A DNA stretch of 64,000 nt from Azolla caroliniana (Eukaryota > Plantae > Polypodiophyta). Position numbers and translations under genes: made by a program. The notes beneath the pieces were generated by a model. The model saw only the letters and a program-made list of their open reading frames with translations, had not been told where the DNA came from and made no database searches. Numbering within the stretch: position 1 is the first letter of the stretch; the number at the start of each line of letters is the position of its first letter. Below, one piece after another: positions 40,588 through 53,117 of this stretch. The stretch lies in assembly GCA_043228905.1 (NCBI GenBank), contig JBHGNT010000001.1, forward strand, positions 10,788,001 to 10,852,000, given 5' to 3'.

Positions 40588-41579
40588 CGTCTATGCACGC
40601 TCCGTTCTCCGCTGTATGCCCGATGTCCTCCGCTTGGAGAACGCCCGTAGTGGCCCACTTGGCCTCCGACGACCATTCGTGTTGTTGCAACAGGTCCTGA
40701 GTCTCCCGCTTACCGTCGTCCCCTCGCCCCCACCAGCTTGTCACCCCGGGCTTGCCGTATCAGTCTTCGCTACTTTGACGGAGCTCCCGAGATCTACGAA
40801 GCGAGCGTGAAGGATCCTTCTCTGGACTCGCTTGTCATCCCTTAACTCCGACCCTATGCAGTCCACTATGCACTTGTCACCTCGTTCCCGGCACCTCCCT
40901 TGTGCCGTCTTCCGCTTCCTTTGTTCAGCACCGCCCGTGCCGAACACTGTCCCGTAGTCACGCTTCGATCCGGCCCGCGATGGCCACTTGCGAGACTCTT
41001 ATTCCGTCCCAGGTGTGCCTTTCCGACCCGACACACCTCCTCGTGTTTGCGCCTACCGGCTACTTCCGAAACTGTAACCGGCCGGTGAGGGTTTCGCACT
41101 TCGTCCACCCCGTCTTACCGACTCCCGATCCGCTACCCTGTGTCATTGGATCCCGTTCCCTGCCGCCACCGTCCTTCTCCCTAGGTCTCACGTTGCCACG
41201 TTGGCCAAACTACCGGGGTCACCAGATCAGTGTGAGGGTCCCATAGGACCGGTCTTCATTTCGTCGCTTGCTGAGATCTGGGTGTCTTTTGTTTGAGTCC
41301 CTCCCAGACTCTCCTCGTGTCTTCCACGTAGTCGGGTCCCGTTTCCCGCCGCCACCAACCTTCTCTCTAGGTCTCATGTTGCCGCGTTGGCCGAACTGCC
41401 GGAGTATCTGGTTAGGTGTGGGGATCCCATAGGACCGGACTTCCTTATGCCCACTCACCTCGCCGGAAGGTTTGAGATGGTCCGTAGCCACCTTGTCGGC
41501 CTCATACCTCCTTGCCGTTCGTCGCCTCCTGTCTCTCAGAGACATATTTACGACTATGTCTCTTCATCCGGAGAGCACT

Positions 41580-41920
41580 CCTCACCGGGTCTTCACCATC
41601 CGGCTCTCCGTAGCCGGGTACTCCTCATCCGGGTACTCCTCATCCGGTTCTCACCGGGTCTGCACCATCCGACTCTCCGTAGCCGGGTACTCCTCATCCG
41701 GTTCTCACCGGGTCTGTACCATCCGGCTCTCCGTAGCCGAGTACTCCTCATCTGGTTCTCACCGGGTCTGCACCATCCGGCTCTCTGTAGCTGGGTACTC
41801 CTCATCCGGTTCTCACCGGGTCTGCACCATCCGGCTCTCCGTAGCCGGGTACTCCACATCCGGTTCTCACCGGGTCTGCACCATCCGGCTCTTCGTAGTC
41901 GGGTACTCCTCATCCGGTTT
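41580..41920. repeat. 54-bp CCGG-rich tandem repeat in the Copia 3' LTR (6 units)
   Basis: Unit CCGGTTCTCACCGGGTCTGCACCATCCGGCTCTCCGTAGCCGGGTACTCCTCAT. Confidence 0.9.
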
Positions 41921-44900
41921 CGGCCTCGGCACTATTCTTCTCCCTTCCCATCCGGAGGGACCTGTCTCCCAACAAACTCCCCCTTCACTCCGGCATGGGG
42001 TGTCTTACCAGTCCGATTCTCTTCCGGCATGCATCCAGCATGTCGGGTATCAGCACTTTGGTCAGCATATCTGACCCGTTCTCGGCCGTGTGGATCTTCA
42101 TCAACGCGAACTCCTGGTCATCTACTCTTTCCCGAATCTAGTGATACCTTCGTTGGATATGCTTCGTCCGGGAATGGTAGGCCGCATTCTTAGCAAGATG
42201 GATGGCACTTTGACTGTCGCAATAGAGTCGGTATTCATCTTGCCGGATACCGAGCTCTCCGATGAAGTCCTTGATTCATAATATTTCCTTGCCGGCTTCC
42301 ATAGCCGCCATGTACTCCGCCTCTGTGGTTGACAATGCAACCATCTCCTACAGCCTCGACTGTCACGAAACAGCTCCCCCTGCATATGTCATTACATACC
42401 CGGATGTAGACTGGTTGGTATCAACATCAGCCGACATGTCCGAATCGGTGAAACCGTCAAGTTGAGGTTTTCGGGAGCCGAATTGGAGACATATATTTGA
42501 AGTGCCCTTCAAATACCGGACAATCCATTTGACCGCGTTCCAGTGCTCCTTGCCGGGATTGCTCATAAACCGGCTCACCACTCCGACTGCGTATCCTATA
42601 TCCGGTCGGGTACAAACCATTGCGTACATTAAGCTCCCGACGGCAGAGGCATATGGAATCTTCATCATATCCGCCTTCTCTGCTTTCGTCTTTGGGCTTT
42701 GCTTACCGGATAACCTGCAGTTTGCCGAAAGTGTCGATCCGACCGGTTTCGCATCTGACATGTTGAACCGGTGAAGCACCTTTGTCACGTACTTCTCCTG
42801 TGACAGCCATAATTGCTTCGTTGACCGGTTCCGGATAATATGCATCCCCAGCATCTGTCTTGCCGGACCCAAGTCTTTCATTGAGAAGGTCCGGTTGAGG
42901 GCCTTCTTCAGCATCCGTATTTTGACTTGGTCCCGTCCGACGATCAACATGTCGTCCACGTACAGGAGTATCAGGAAGTCACCTCCTTCGAACTTCTTCA
43001 CAAACACGCAATGATCGGGTTTCGTCTTGTGGTACCCTTGATCGGTCATGAAGGAGTCAAACTTTCGGTACCATTGTCGGGGAGCCTGCTTCAGTCCGTA
43101 TAGGCTCTTCTTCAACCGGCAAACCAAGCGCTCCTTCCCTTTCTCCACGAATCCTTCCGGTTGCTGCATGTAGATCTCCTCTTCGAGGTCACCGTGAAGT
43201 AATGCCGTCTTCACGTCTAGCTGCTCTACCTCGAGGTCCATGCTTGCCGCTATACTCAGCACCGTCCAGATGGAGGTCATCTTTACTACCGGGGCAAATA
43301 TCTCGTCGAAGTCCACGCCCTTCTTCTGCTGGAACCCCTTCACCACGATCCTGGCTTTGTATCTCCGGGGGTTGCCGGCATCTCTCGGTTTCAACTTGTA
43401 CACCCACTTGTTTCGGAGTGCCCGCTTTCATTTCGGCAACTCCACCAATTCGTACGTATGGTTCTCATGCAAGGAATCCATCTCATCCTGCATGGCACTT
43501 AACCATTTGCGGTTGTGGGTGTCATCCTTCGCTTCTTCGAAGCTTTCTGGCTCCCCCTCATCGGTTAGCAGCACATGCTCTGCATCCGGAAATATCCGGG
43601 GGGCCTTCTCTCTCTTAGAGGATATCTCCGTCTCTGGGCTTCGGTAACCGGCTCCTCTATTTGCTCTTCATTCGAATCTAATTCAGGGTCTTGGCCAGTT
43701 CCGGTTTCAGCTTCCTCTCCTTCTTCTTCTACCGGTTCGATATCCTCACCGTAACCGGCTGGCTCCTCCAGTGCTAACCAGTCTCTTACCGGTTGGGTTT
43801 GTTCATTGTAGAGTCGATCCTTACTGGTCGACTCGGAGTTCATTATCTTCTTCTCCGACTCCCAATCGGCGAGCGTCTTGTCCTCCATGAAGATAATATC
43901 TCGACTCCGGAATACCTTCTTGTCGACCAGGTCCCACACTCAATAGCCGAACTCATCGTCACCGTAACCGAGGAATATGCATGGCCGGGTCTTTGGATCT
44001 AACTTTCCTCTCCGGTTGTTAGCTACATGCACGTACACGAGACACCCGAATACCTTCAGATGCCGGTAGGACACTTCCTTACCGGTCCAGACTCTTTGTG
44101 GCGTGTCTCCGTCCAAGGCTCTGAGGGTGATCTGTTTATCACATATGTCGCCGTCGACAGTGCCTCAGCCCAAAACTTCTTGGGTAGTTTTGCACGCGCC
44201 AACATACTCCGGACCCTCTCCATTATGGTCTGGTTCATCCTCTCGGCCAACCCGTTTAGTTCCGGCGTCTTCAGCACGGTAAATTCGAGCTGGATTCCCT
44301 TCGAGTGGCAGTACCCGAACTGCCCCCGGTATTCTCCTCTATTATCTGCTCGAACCGCCTTCAACTTCCGGCCGGTTTCTCTTTCCACTCTCGCGTGGAG
44401 CTCTTTGAAGACGGATAGCACCTAATCCTTCGTCTTCAATGGTGTGGCCCACAGCTTCCGGCTGTGGTCATCTATGAATGTCACGAAGTACTGCGCTCTG
44501 GCATGTGACTTCGTGTCTACTTGACACACATTCGTATGCACCAACTCCAGTGGTGCATTACGTCTCATCGGTGGCCTTGGTCGGAAGGAGGTCCGGTTTT
44601 GCTTACCGCCCAGACAATCAGTGCACTTCTCCAAGTGCACGTTCTTCACTGGAATGAGGTTGTCGTCTGCAAGCCTCTTCATCCCCTTCTCGCTCATATG
44701 ACACAGACTCTTGTGCCATGTTCACTTCTTCCGGACATAACCGGGCATTCATCAGGTACAATGTGTTGACCTTCTGGGCCCGAGCCACAATCAGGCTCCC
44801 TTTGCTGAACTTCATGACACCGTTCCGGATGCTACCCGTGTAGCCTTCATCATCTAGCCGACCGGCTGATATCAGGTTCAAACGAACCTCCGGAATGTGT

Positions 44901-46481
44901 CGAACATCCTTCAGCAGCAACTTGCATCCAGTTGGTGTTGTCAGCCACACGTCTCCTATGCTGACAATTCAGCATGTACCTTCATTCCCCATCCGGACAC
45001 AGCGGTGATCACCGGCTGCGTAGAATGAGAAGCATTTCCGGTTCGGGGTAAGGTGGAACGACGCTCTGGAGTCTACCACCCAGGTCATCTCGTCGCCGGC
45101 AAGGTTTATCTCACTCTCCTCGGTGATGAGCATCAACTCTTCTTCACTTGCTGCGATTGCCGTTGTTCCCTTCCGGTCCGGCCCCCTCCGGTCTTTACCG
45201 TTCCGCTCTGGGGTCCGCTTCGAATCAGTACTGTCGGTTTCCTTGTCTTTTCGGAAATGCCGACAGTTCTTTTGGAAGTGTCCCGGCTTGCCACAATAGA
45301 GGCCTTCCCCTTGACTTTGACTGTGTCCCCGACTTCTCCCGGTTCTGGGGACTACGGTTTCTATGTCTTCCGCGTTCCGATTCGGTAAGGAGTGCTTTGG
45401 AGTCGGAGCTCGTATCTTTATCTTTCCGATGCGCCTCCTCATCTAGCAAGCTCGACTTTACTCTTGCTAGGGATAACCGTTTTCCTTCCGGCCCGGCGTT
45501 GCCCAAAGTGACAACCAACGTCTCCCAGCTATCCGAGAGGGAATCGAGCAGGAGTAGCGCTAGTACCTCATCGGCGAGAGGTACTTCCAATGAAGTTGCC
45601 TGGTGGATCAGCCCCTGGAAGGCATTCATGTGCTCCGCCATGCTGGAGCCATCTTGGTACCGGAGTCTTAGTAGCTTCCGGAATATCGAAACCTGAATAA
45701 CAACATTTTTGTTTTGAAACATAATGCCGATCTTCTCCTAGAGCTCATGAGCCTTGCTCTCTTCATTGAAGTTGTTGTATAGGCTCATGTCGATGAAGCA
45801 CCGTATGTACGCCGTTGTCTTCATGTGCATCACCTCCCATATTGTGGCGTCGATCTTGTCCGGTCTCTTGTCCCCAAACTGAACTGGTAACCAAATATCT
45901 TTAACCACGAGCATGTCCCTCATCTTCGACTTCCACACTGAATAGTTGGAGCCGGTGAGCTTGAACATGCCATCAAACGATTCGTCCATTTTCTGTGTCG
46001 TTTTGCTCTGATACCACTTGACAGAACTGCACGCTCCCTATACGCAACACTCGGCCACAACCGAGCTTAGAATCATAAACAGAAAACGGGAAATAAAGAA
46101 CGACAGGAAGAAGAGACGAGTACGCAGGATGTTTACGTGGAAAAACTCAAACTAAAGGAAAAACCACGCCAGTCCACAGGCTGCAAACTATCACTATGTT
46201 AGAATTTACAATAGTGAGTTCACGGAGACAACGACCTCGTGCTCACGATCCTCACCACAGGCGGTAGTTACAACAGAGGCAACGACCTCTTTCTCTCTCT
46301 CTCTCTCTGTACACAGTTACGCGCTCTCTCTCTCCTTGCACCAACAAGAATGACAACAACTATCAAAAGGTTTGCCCTAAGTCATATTTATACTAATATG
46401 ACTTTTCGGCTATTTACAAATATAGCCACGATGGACTCTCAGAGACATATTTACGACTATGTCTCTTCATCCGGAGAGCAC

Positions 46482-46912
46482 TCTTCACCGGGTCTTCACC
46501 ATCCGGCTCTCCGTAGCCGGGTACTCCTCATCCGGTTCTCACCGGGTCTGCACCATCCGACTCTCCGTCGCCGGGTACTCCTCATCCGGTTCTCACCGGG
46601 TCTGCACCATCCGGCTCTCCGTAGCCGGGTACTCATCCGGTTCTCACCGGGTCTGCACCATCCGGCTCTCCGTAGCCGGGTACTCCACATCCGGTTCTCA
46701 CCGGGTCTGTACCATCCGGCTCTCCGTAGCCGGGTACTCCTCATCCGGTTCTCACCGGGTCTGCACCATCCGGCTCTCCGTAGCTGGGTACTCCTCATCC
46801 GGTTCTCACCGGGTCTGCACCATCCGGCTCTCCGTAGCCGGGTACTCCACATCCGGTTCTCACCGGGTCTGCACCATCCGGCTCTCCGTAGCCGGGTACT
46901 CCTCATCCGGTT
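46482..46912. repeat. 54-bp CCGG-rich tandem repeat in the Copia 5' LTR (8 units)
   Basis: Same unit as at 41580-41920. Confidence 0.9.
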
Positions 46913-48208
46913 TCGGTCGAGGCCTATCGGCCGAGGCTGAATTTGTTCATCAGCACTATTCTTCTCCCTTCCCATCCGGAGGGACCTGTCTCCCAACACT
47001 GTCGTCCGATCACGTTCTCCTGCCGCCACCGATCTCCCCAATAGGACTCACGCCGGCACTCGGGCCGACCGCTGGATCAGTGTGAGTGTCTTCGTGGGAC
47101 CTCCCCTTCTGGCTTCGGTTGCCTGCCTTGCCGCCGCCACCGTCCCTTACTCTAGGTCTCACGCCTCCTCCTATCGTTGGCTGCCGGAGTCTCTAGAATC
47201 GGTGTGTGTAAGGTCACAGCTTCACCGCTCTGCCTTCGCCATTCACTTCTATTGGTCACATTCACCTGCCGCCACCGTCCTTTCCTATAAGACTCACGCC
47301 GGCCCTCGGGCCGACCGCCGGATCGGTGTGAAGATCTCTGTAGACCACCCATCCGTAGCCTCTTTTGCCTTCGTCCCCTCGCCGCCGTCGTTCGTCACTC
47401 TAGGCCTCGCTCCAGCTCTCGGGCCGACTGCCGGTGTCTGTAGAACCAGTGTGAGGGATCCTCCTCGGGCCTGCCGTATCTCTGACCCTTATCCCGGGTC
47501 TTCCTTCTTTCGTAAGTCGAGAGGGTGGCTCACTCCACACCCTCTCCCGTGGTACCAAAGTACAGTGTTCCCGGCCTCTTCGTAGGCTTGCTCTCTTCCT
47601 CCCTCCCGGAATGGTTTTCTGGAAGTCCACTCCGCCCGGTTCTCGTCCGGGTCCGTCCGTCAGTCTTTGGATTGCCGGGTCCCGATCTCCTGTCGTCACC
47701 GATCTCTCCTATAGGACTCACGCCGGCACTCGGGCCGACAGCCGGATCGCTGTAAGTATCTCCGTAGGACCAGCCTTCATTCTCCTCTACATCCCCTGTA
47801 CTTCTCCCGAACTTGTCGTTGCTCTCCTTCCTCGGCCTCCTCGCAGGCCGTTTCCCATCCCTCTTCGATGGCATCGTGCCAGGACTCCTCGTCGGCGCCT
47901 TCCTTCTCTCCGGCCTCATGTCGGCACACGAGCATGACCGCCGGAGTCTCTGGAATCCGCATGGAGGGCTCTTCTCCGCTCTCGACCCTGTCCTCGGTCG
48001 GCAATTCTCCGCAAGTCGAGAGGGCGTTTTGTTCCGCACCCTCTCCCGTGGTACCGTGGTACCGATCTTCCGCCATCTCGTGGGGCAAGACCGTCTCCCC
48101 GGTCTCAGCTTGAGGCCTCGATCTTTCCTCTTCCTCGAGCATCGCCTCGAGAGTTGCGTATGCCTCTGCAATCCTGGCCTCAACACCGACCCTTGCCAAC
48201 TCCCTTTG

Positions 48209-48883
48209 TCATTCGGCCTCTTCCCACTGTGATGGCACGCCGTCACGCCCCTTCCTCTTAGCCTTCTCAGCTCGCTCATCATCTAGCCATTGGCACACCC
48301 TTCTGACCTTCGACCAGTCCTCCGTAAGCCCATTCGCTCCATCATCGTCTTCGAGCTCAATCCCGATGGCTTCCCATTCCGCTCGGTCGATCGACCTGAC
48401 GAACAATAGGACTTTGTCCGCCCCCACCAAACCTTGTTCCTGCTCCGGGAGCCGAGCAAGCCGTCGCTCGAACTCTCGGAACGCCTTGGTCGCGCCCCGA
48501 TGGGTCTTTGCCGATGCTACCCACTGGTCGAAGTCGTGTCGTCCCCGGCTCTTCCGCCATCCTTCGTATGCCTTCAGGAGCGCCTCTTTGAAGGCCTCCC
48601 ACGAACTATGAGCCTCACGGAGCTCCTTTACTTCCGCATGCATCCGGACAGCTACGACCCGACAGAAGAACTCCAGCCTCAACGCCTCGTCTACGCCACG
48701 CTCCTCCATATCCGCGTTGTAGGCTCCCAAGTAAGATGGGACTTTGTCCCCGTTGAAACGGCCGACTCTTTCGACCACTCGCTCAACCGCTTGTTGCGCT
48801 GCTTCTCGCCTCATCACCACTCGTGCCGACTCCAACACCACTTCGGCCACCATCCCCGCGAGGTCGTCGTCTTCCGACTCCAT
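48209..48883 (-). CDS. Gag-like protein of element B (premature stop)
   Basis: Near-identical to the ORF at 36669-37523. Confidence 0.6.
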   Translation of the reverse strand: MESEDDDLAGMVAEVVLESARVVMRREAAQQAVERVVERVGRFNGDKVPSYLGAYNADMEERGVDEALRLEFFCRVVAVRMHAEVKELREAHSSWEAFKEALLKAYEGWRKSRGRHDFDQWVASAKTHRGATKAFREFERRLARLPEQEQGLVGADKVLLFVRSIDRAEWEAIGIELEDDDGANGLTEDWSKVRRVCQWLDDERAEKAKRKGRDGVPSQWEEAE

Positions 48884-49093
48884 CCTCCCTTGCCGCCTTT
48901 CACGTCGGGTTCACTAAAGATGTCACGTTGTTACGCGCGCGCATGGAGAAAGGCGGGACCACGGGGGTCTTGAACTAGGGAGTGACGGAGCGTAGGAAGT
49001 CGTACTTCACCGTTTCCAGGGCATCCCAGAAGCACACCGGAAGCAACCGAAGGGAGAGAGAGAAAGAGAGGGAGCGCGTGCTTGACACCGACT

Positions 49094-49125
<32 letters not shown>

Positions 49126-51261
49126 GGCCGACCCGACTCACGCCCTTATGTACAGGAAACGCAGGAAAGGGGAAGCACCCGACACCAATAGAGACACGAA
49201 TATACACAGACAGACGCAAACGTAAGTATTACAAGGGAAAGAATACAACCCCGGCTTCGAGCCGGACCAAGCTAGGGTAGGTTACAATAGCAGTCTGCAG
49301 CCAAGCCGCCGTTTGGGGAGCTCTCGGGCTCATCACGCGGAGCGGGGTCTTGCACAGGAGACCGAGTGGCAACAACCCTCAACAGTCCACCCACACCACG
49401 AAGAAGAGGAAGAAGAAGTAGAAGAGTAACCCTAAATCTAACGGTATACCCTCTAACACAAAAATGGGCAACCCTTCTACAAGGGACCATCCCTTCCTTT
49501 TATAAAACAAGGAGAGGGATGCGTTACAATGTGGGATAAATCCCGATTTACATGGGATTCGTCGTCCCGACTTAACTCTTATTATTCACACAATTACACG
49601 AGGGTGAGTGCACATGGTGCACCCCGCCAATGTAGCCAATATTTCCCGGTTTCCGCCTCTGGCCGAAATTCTTCACGACAACGGTTTATGTCAATGCCAC
49701 TACAAGATCAAGCAAACATACTCCATGGAATCAGGGGCAGATGGACTATGAGATCGGAAATCATTAACGCGCTACTGATTAGGGAATCTGCTACTCAAAG
49801 GACGACAATGGAGAAATGGATAGGCCACGAGGAGGGTTCTCTGATCCCGAGAGGTAGGGGTTCACCAGACAGACTCGAAGGCCCTGAATTGTGAGACACT
49901 GAGACACCCACACAAAATAACGCCATTCGAGTACTCGCGTACACTGGTCAAAAATGGATTGTAGATCCTGATCCGATCAAAGTACAACCCAATTGGCATA
50001 TATGTACTCATGAAAACACATGGCTACGTAAGGTCAGTTGGGACCCTTTGCAATGGACATGGCGTGATCCCTACGCGGGGCAAGGAAGCAAACCCATCCC
50101 TTTCTTCCAATTCACAACTAGATTGGGTCGCCACATTCTAGCTGCTCAAGTCGCCCGAGAACCGGCTGCTGCGAAGGTCTGGCACACATTTCAAGTTCCC
50201 TTCGCAATAATCACCAAGTTTTGGCAGAAAATCTGGAAGCAACAATACGCGAGGCGAATTACCACTTTCCAATGGCTGTTAATACATAAGTCCCTACCGG
50301 TGGGAGCATGGCAACGTGGGAACCTTAGCTCTCCTAATTGTGTAGAGTGCCCACATTCATTAGAATCCATACGACACGCTCTGTGGGACTGCCCAACGTC
50401 TCATAGAATATGGCGGGGGTTGGCCGCTTGTTGCAATTATGCCAGGTGCAAGGTTCAATCAAGTGGGGAAATATATGTTGGCTATCATGGCAGGCTGCAA
50501 TTGGCCGATACGAGCATCAGGAGGAGGGGATGACTTTGGTGATAAAAGCACAAGAGGTCCTTTTCTCCTCCAGCGGCAATGTCCACTCTATTCCTCTTAA
50601 TGACAAATCTCAAGAGGTGTTGGAATTGGTCAGCCCAATAACCCTTTGGATTCTATGGAAACAACGATGTAGGCGAGTCTTCTCCAACCAAACCGCCCGT
50701 CCAACAAGGTTACTGCAAGAGATATGGAGTGAAATTGGAGCCACTCTGAAGAGCCAATATGATGGCCTTAAAGGTGGCTCCGAGGGAGTTGAAAGACAAC
50801 GCATAGCCTTCATCCAACAATGGTCGTCCTCTCCCTTTCTTGAGTCAGTGGGCTTCCACATTAGATGGAACTATCACGTCCCTTTAGGGATTTGTACATA
50901 ATCGTCTCATTTGTAAAATTTTATAACTAATGGAAGGAGTTTTTTTTGGAAAAATAAAAAATAATAATAATAAATGCATCCATAAACCTCACTAGAAACG
51001 AGGGTACTTGTCCCTTTTATGCTCTAATGTACAAACAAATTTGTAACATGAAGTAGAGAAATAAGATATCACAATGTTGTACTTGAAATAGTAGCTTTTA
51101 ACATGTCAATGTATCATTCCAACTTAAACTTCATCATAGTTTTTCTAATTCTGATTGTTGCAATAGAAGTGATACACTAGTGTAGCAATACTTTGAACGC
51201 AAATATTGAAATGGATTGTCAAATATTTTCAAACCTATATGTTAATGTTTTAGCCAGACAC

Positions 51262-52558
51262 GTCACTTTGGATACTTTATTGCCGATACCAACATTGGTT
51301 CAAAGCAACAAAGAAGGGAAGGCTTCTACACCTTAGGATGAGAGCGTTGTGCATATAAATGTAAAAGGGATTAAATCCCCTTATTTGATGACATCTATTC
51401 AAATAAACAACGAAGGGAGGGCTTTTACACCTTAGGATGAGACACCCCACTTTGGATACTTTATTGCCAATACCAACATTCGTTCAACACAACAACGAAG
51501 GGAGGGCTTGTACACCTTAGGATGAGAGCCTTGTGCATATAAATGCAAAAGGGATTAAATCCCCTTATTTGATGACATCTATTCAAATAAACAACGAAGG
51601 GAGGGCTTGTACACCTTAGGATGAGACACCCCACTTTGGATACTTTATTGGCGATACCAACATTCGTTCAACACAACAACGAAGGGAGGGCTTGTACACC
51701 TTAGGATGAGAGCTTTGTGCATATAAATGTAAAAGGGATTAAATCCCCTTATTTGAGGACATCTATTCAAATAAACAACGAAGGGAGGGCTTGTACACCT
51801 TAGGATGAGACACCCCACTTTGGATACTTTATTGGCAATACCAACATTCGTTCAACACAACAATGAAGGGAGGGCTTGTACACCTTAGGATGAGACACCC
51901 CACTTTGGATACTTTATTGGCGATACCAACATTCGTTCAACACAACAACGAAGGGAGGGCTTGTACACCTTAGGATGAGAGCTTTGTGCATATAAATGTA
52001 AAAGGGATTAAATCCCCTTATTTGATGACATCTATTCAAATAAACAACGAAGGGAGGGCTTGTACACCTTAGGATGAGACACCCCACTTTGGATACTTTA
52101 TTGCCGATACCAACATTCGTTCAACACAACAACGAAGGGAGGGCTTGTACACCTTAGGATTAGAGCCTTGTGCATATAAATGTAAAAGGGATTAAATCCC
52201 CTTATTTGATGACATCTATTCAAATAAACAACGAAGGGAGGGCTTGTACACCTTAGGATGAGACAACTCACTTTGGATACTTTATTGCCGATACCAACAT
52301 TCGTTCAACACAACAACGAAGGGAGGGCTTGTACACCTTAGGATGAGAGCCTTGTGCATATAAATGTAAAAGGGATTAAATCCCCTTATTTGATGACATC
52401 TATTCAAATAAACAACGAAGGGAGGGCTTGTACACCTTAGGACGAGACACCTCACTTTGGATACTTTATTGGTGATACCAATATTCGTTCAACACAACAA
52501 CGAAGGGAGGGCTTGTGCATATAAATGTAAAAGGGATTAAATTCCCTTATTTGATGAA
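51262..52558. repeat. Composite tandem repeat, about 184-bp period (two alternating subunits sharing a 37-bp core)
   Basis: Core AACAACGAAGGGAGGGCTTGTACACCTTAGGATGAGA occurs about 14 times, separated by alternating A and B spacers (e.g. cores at 51491 and 51675). Confidence 0.93.
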
Positions 52559-53117
52559 ATCCTTGAGGAATTTAGAGTAAAAACATACTTTGTTTGGAGA
52601 TACTAGACATTGGCTCAATGCAACAATAAGGGGAATATTTCTTAACCTTATAGAAAAACATAAGGACAAATAAGTAGATATCCAAATGCAAAAGAGGTGT
52701 CAAGCCAAAGCACAAGATTTTTACCTCTTCTTCATCACTTTTTCATACCATTATTGTATCATTTGTCACATGGACCAATTTTGGTCTAAGAAGACGTTGT
52801 TGTAGAAATCCGTTGTCGTGGATATCCACGGCTTGCGAGTCAGCCTGGGTGGGACCACCGGGGTCTCAGACCAAGGAGCCTAAGGACAAGAAACTGAACA
52901 CCTTCAGATGTCGGTATGACATGTCTTTGCCGGTCCACACCCTTTGTGGAATATCTCTGTCCAAGGGTACTGAGTGTGATTTGTTTATCACGTAGACCAC
53001 TGTCATCAGCGCCTCATCCCAAAACATCTTGGACAATTTTACATGTGCAAACATGTTCCAGACTCTCTCCATGACGGTCCGGTCCATTCTCTCGGCCAAC
53101 CCGTTAAACTCTAGTGT

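Larger units (their letters stand above)
41534..46998 (-). mobile_element. Near full-length Ty1/Copia (Tnt1/Tork-like) nested in element B
   Basis: 5' LTR 46019-46998; PBS-iMet TGGTATCAGAGC at 46005-46016; gag from 45989; protease WVVDSRAS; integrase ADNRGEY and NGLAERMN; RT QLDVKTA and YVDDML; RNase H; PPT near 41977; 3' LTR 41534-41974 (truncated); TSD CTGTC. Confidence 0.93.
35857..49680 (-). mobile_element. Gag-only LTR element B (tRNA-Trp primed) inserted in LINE ORF2
   Basis: 5' LTR 48921-49680; Trp PBS remnant at about 48900-48916; gag-like ORF 48209-48883; 24-bp stub of the 3' LTR at 35857-35880; 4-bp TSD ATGG/ACGG. No pol found. Confidence 0.75.
31744..50971 (+). mobile_element. Full-length LINE (L1-like) with 17-bp TSD, split by a 13.8-kb nested LTR insertion
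   Basis: TSD AAATGCATCCATAAACC at 31727-31743 and 50972-50988; A/TAA-rich tail. ORF1 at about 31950-33665 with knuckle CFACKKLGHLKKNC. ORF2 has EN (IITWNMQG, LQEHH, NVYAPN, GGDFN), a partial RT (GCPLAP, FGDD) and zf-RVT (CVEC..ESIRHALWDC, 50048-50901). Confidence 0.92.

Noticed and set aside
36900-41500. Many overlapping 100-340 aa ORFs on both strands
   Set aside because: A by-product of GC-rich repetitive LTR-element interior; no recognisable domains apart from the gag-like ORF.
46239-47085. Repeat proteins (FSPGLHHPALRSRVLLIR)n, also at 41387-42193
   Set aside because: Translations of the 54-bp LTR tandem repeat, open in several frames.
51262-52558. CRISPR array
   Set aside because: Spacers are two recurring sequences rather than unique ones, there are no cas genes, and the context is eukaryotic.
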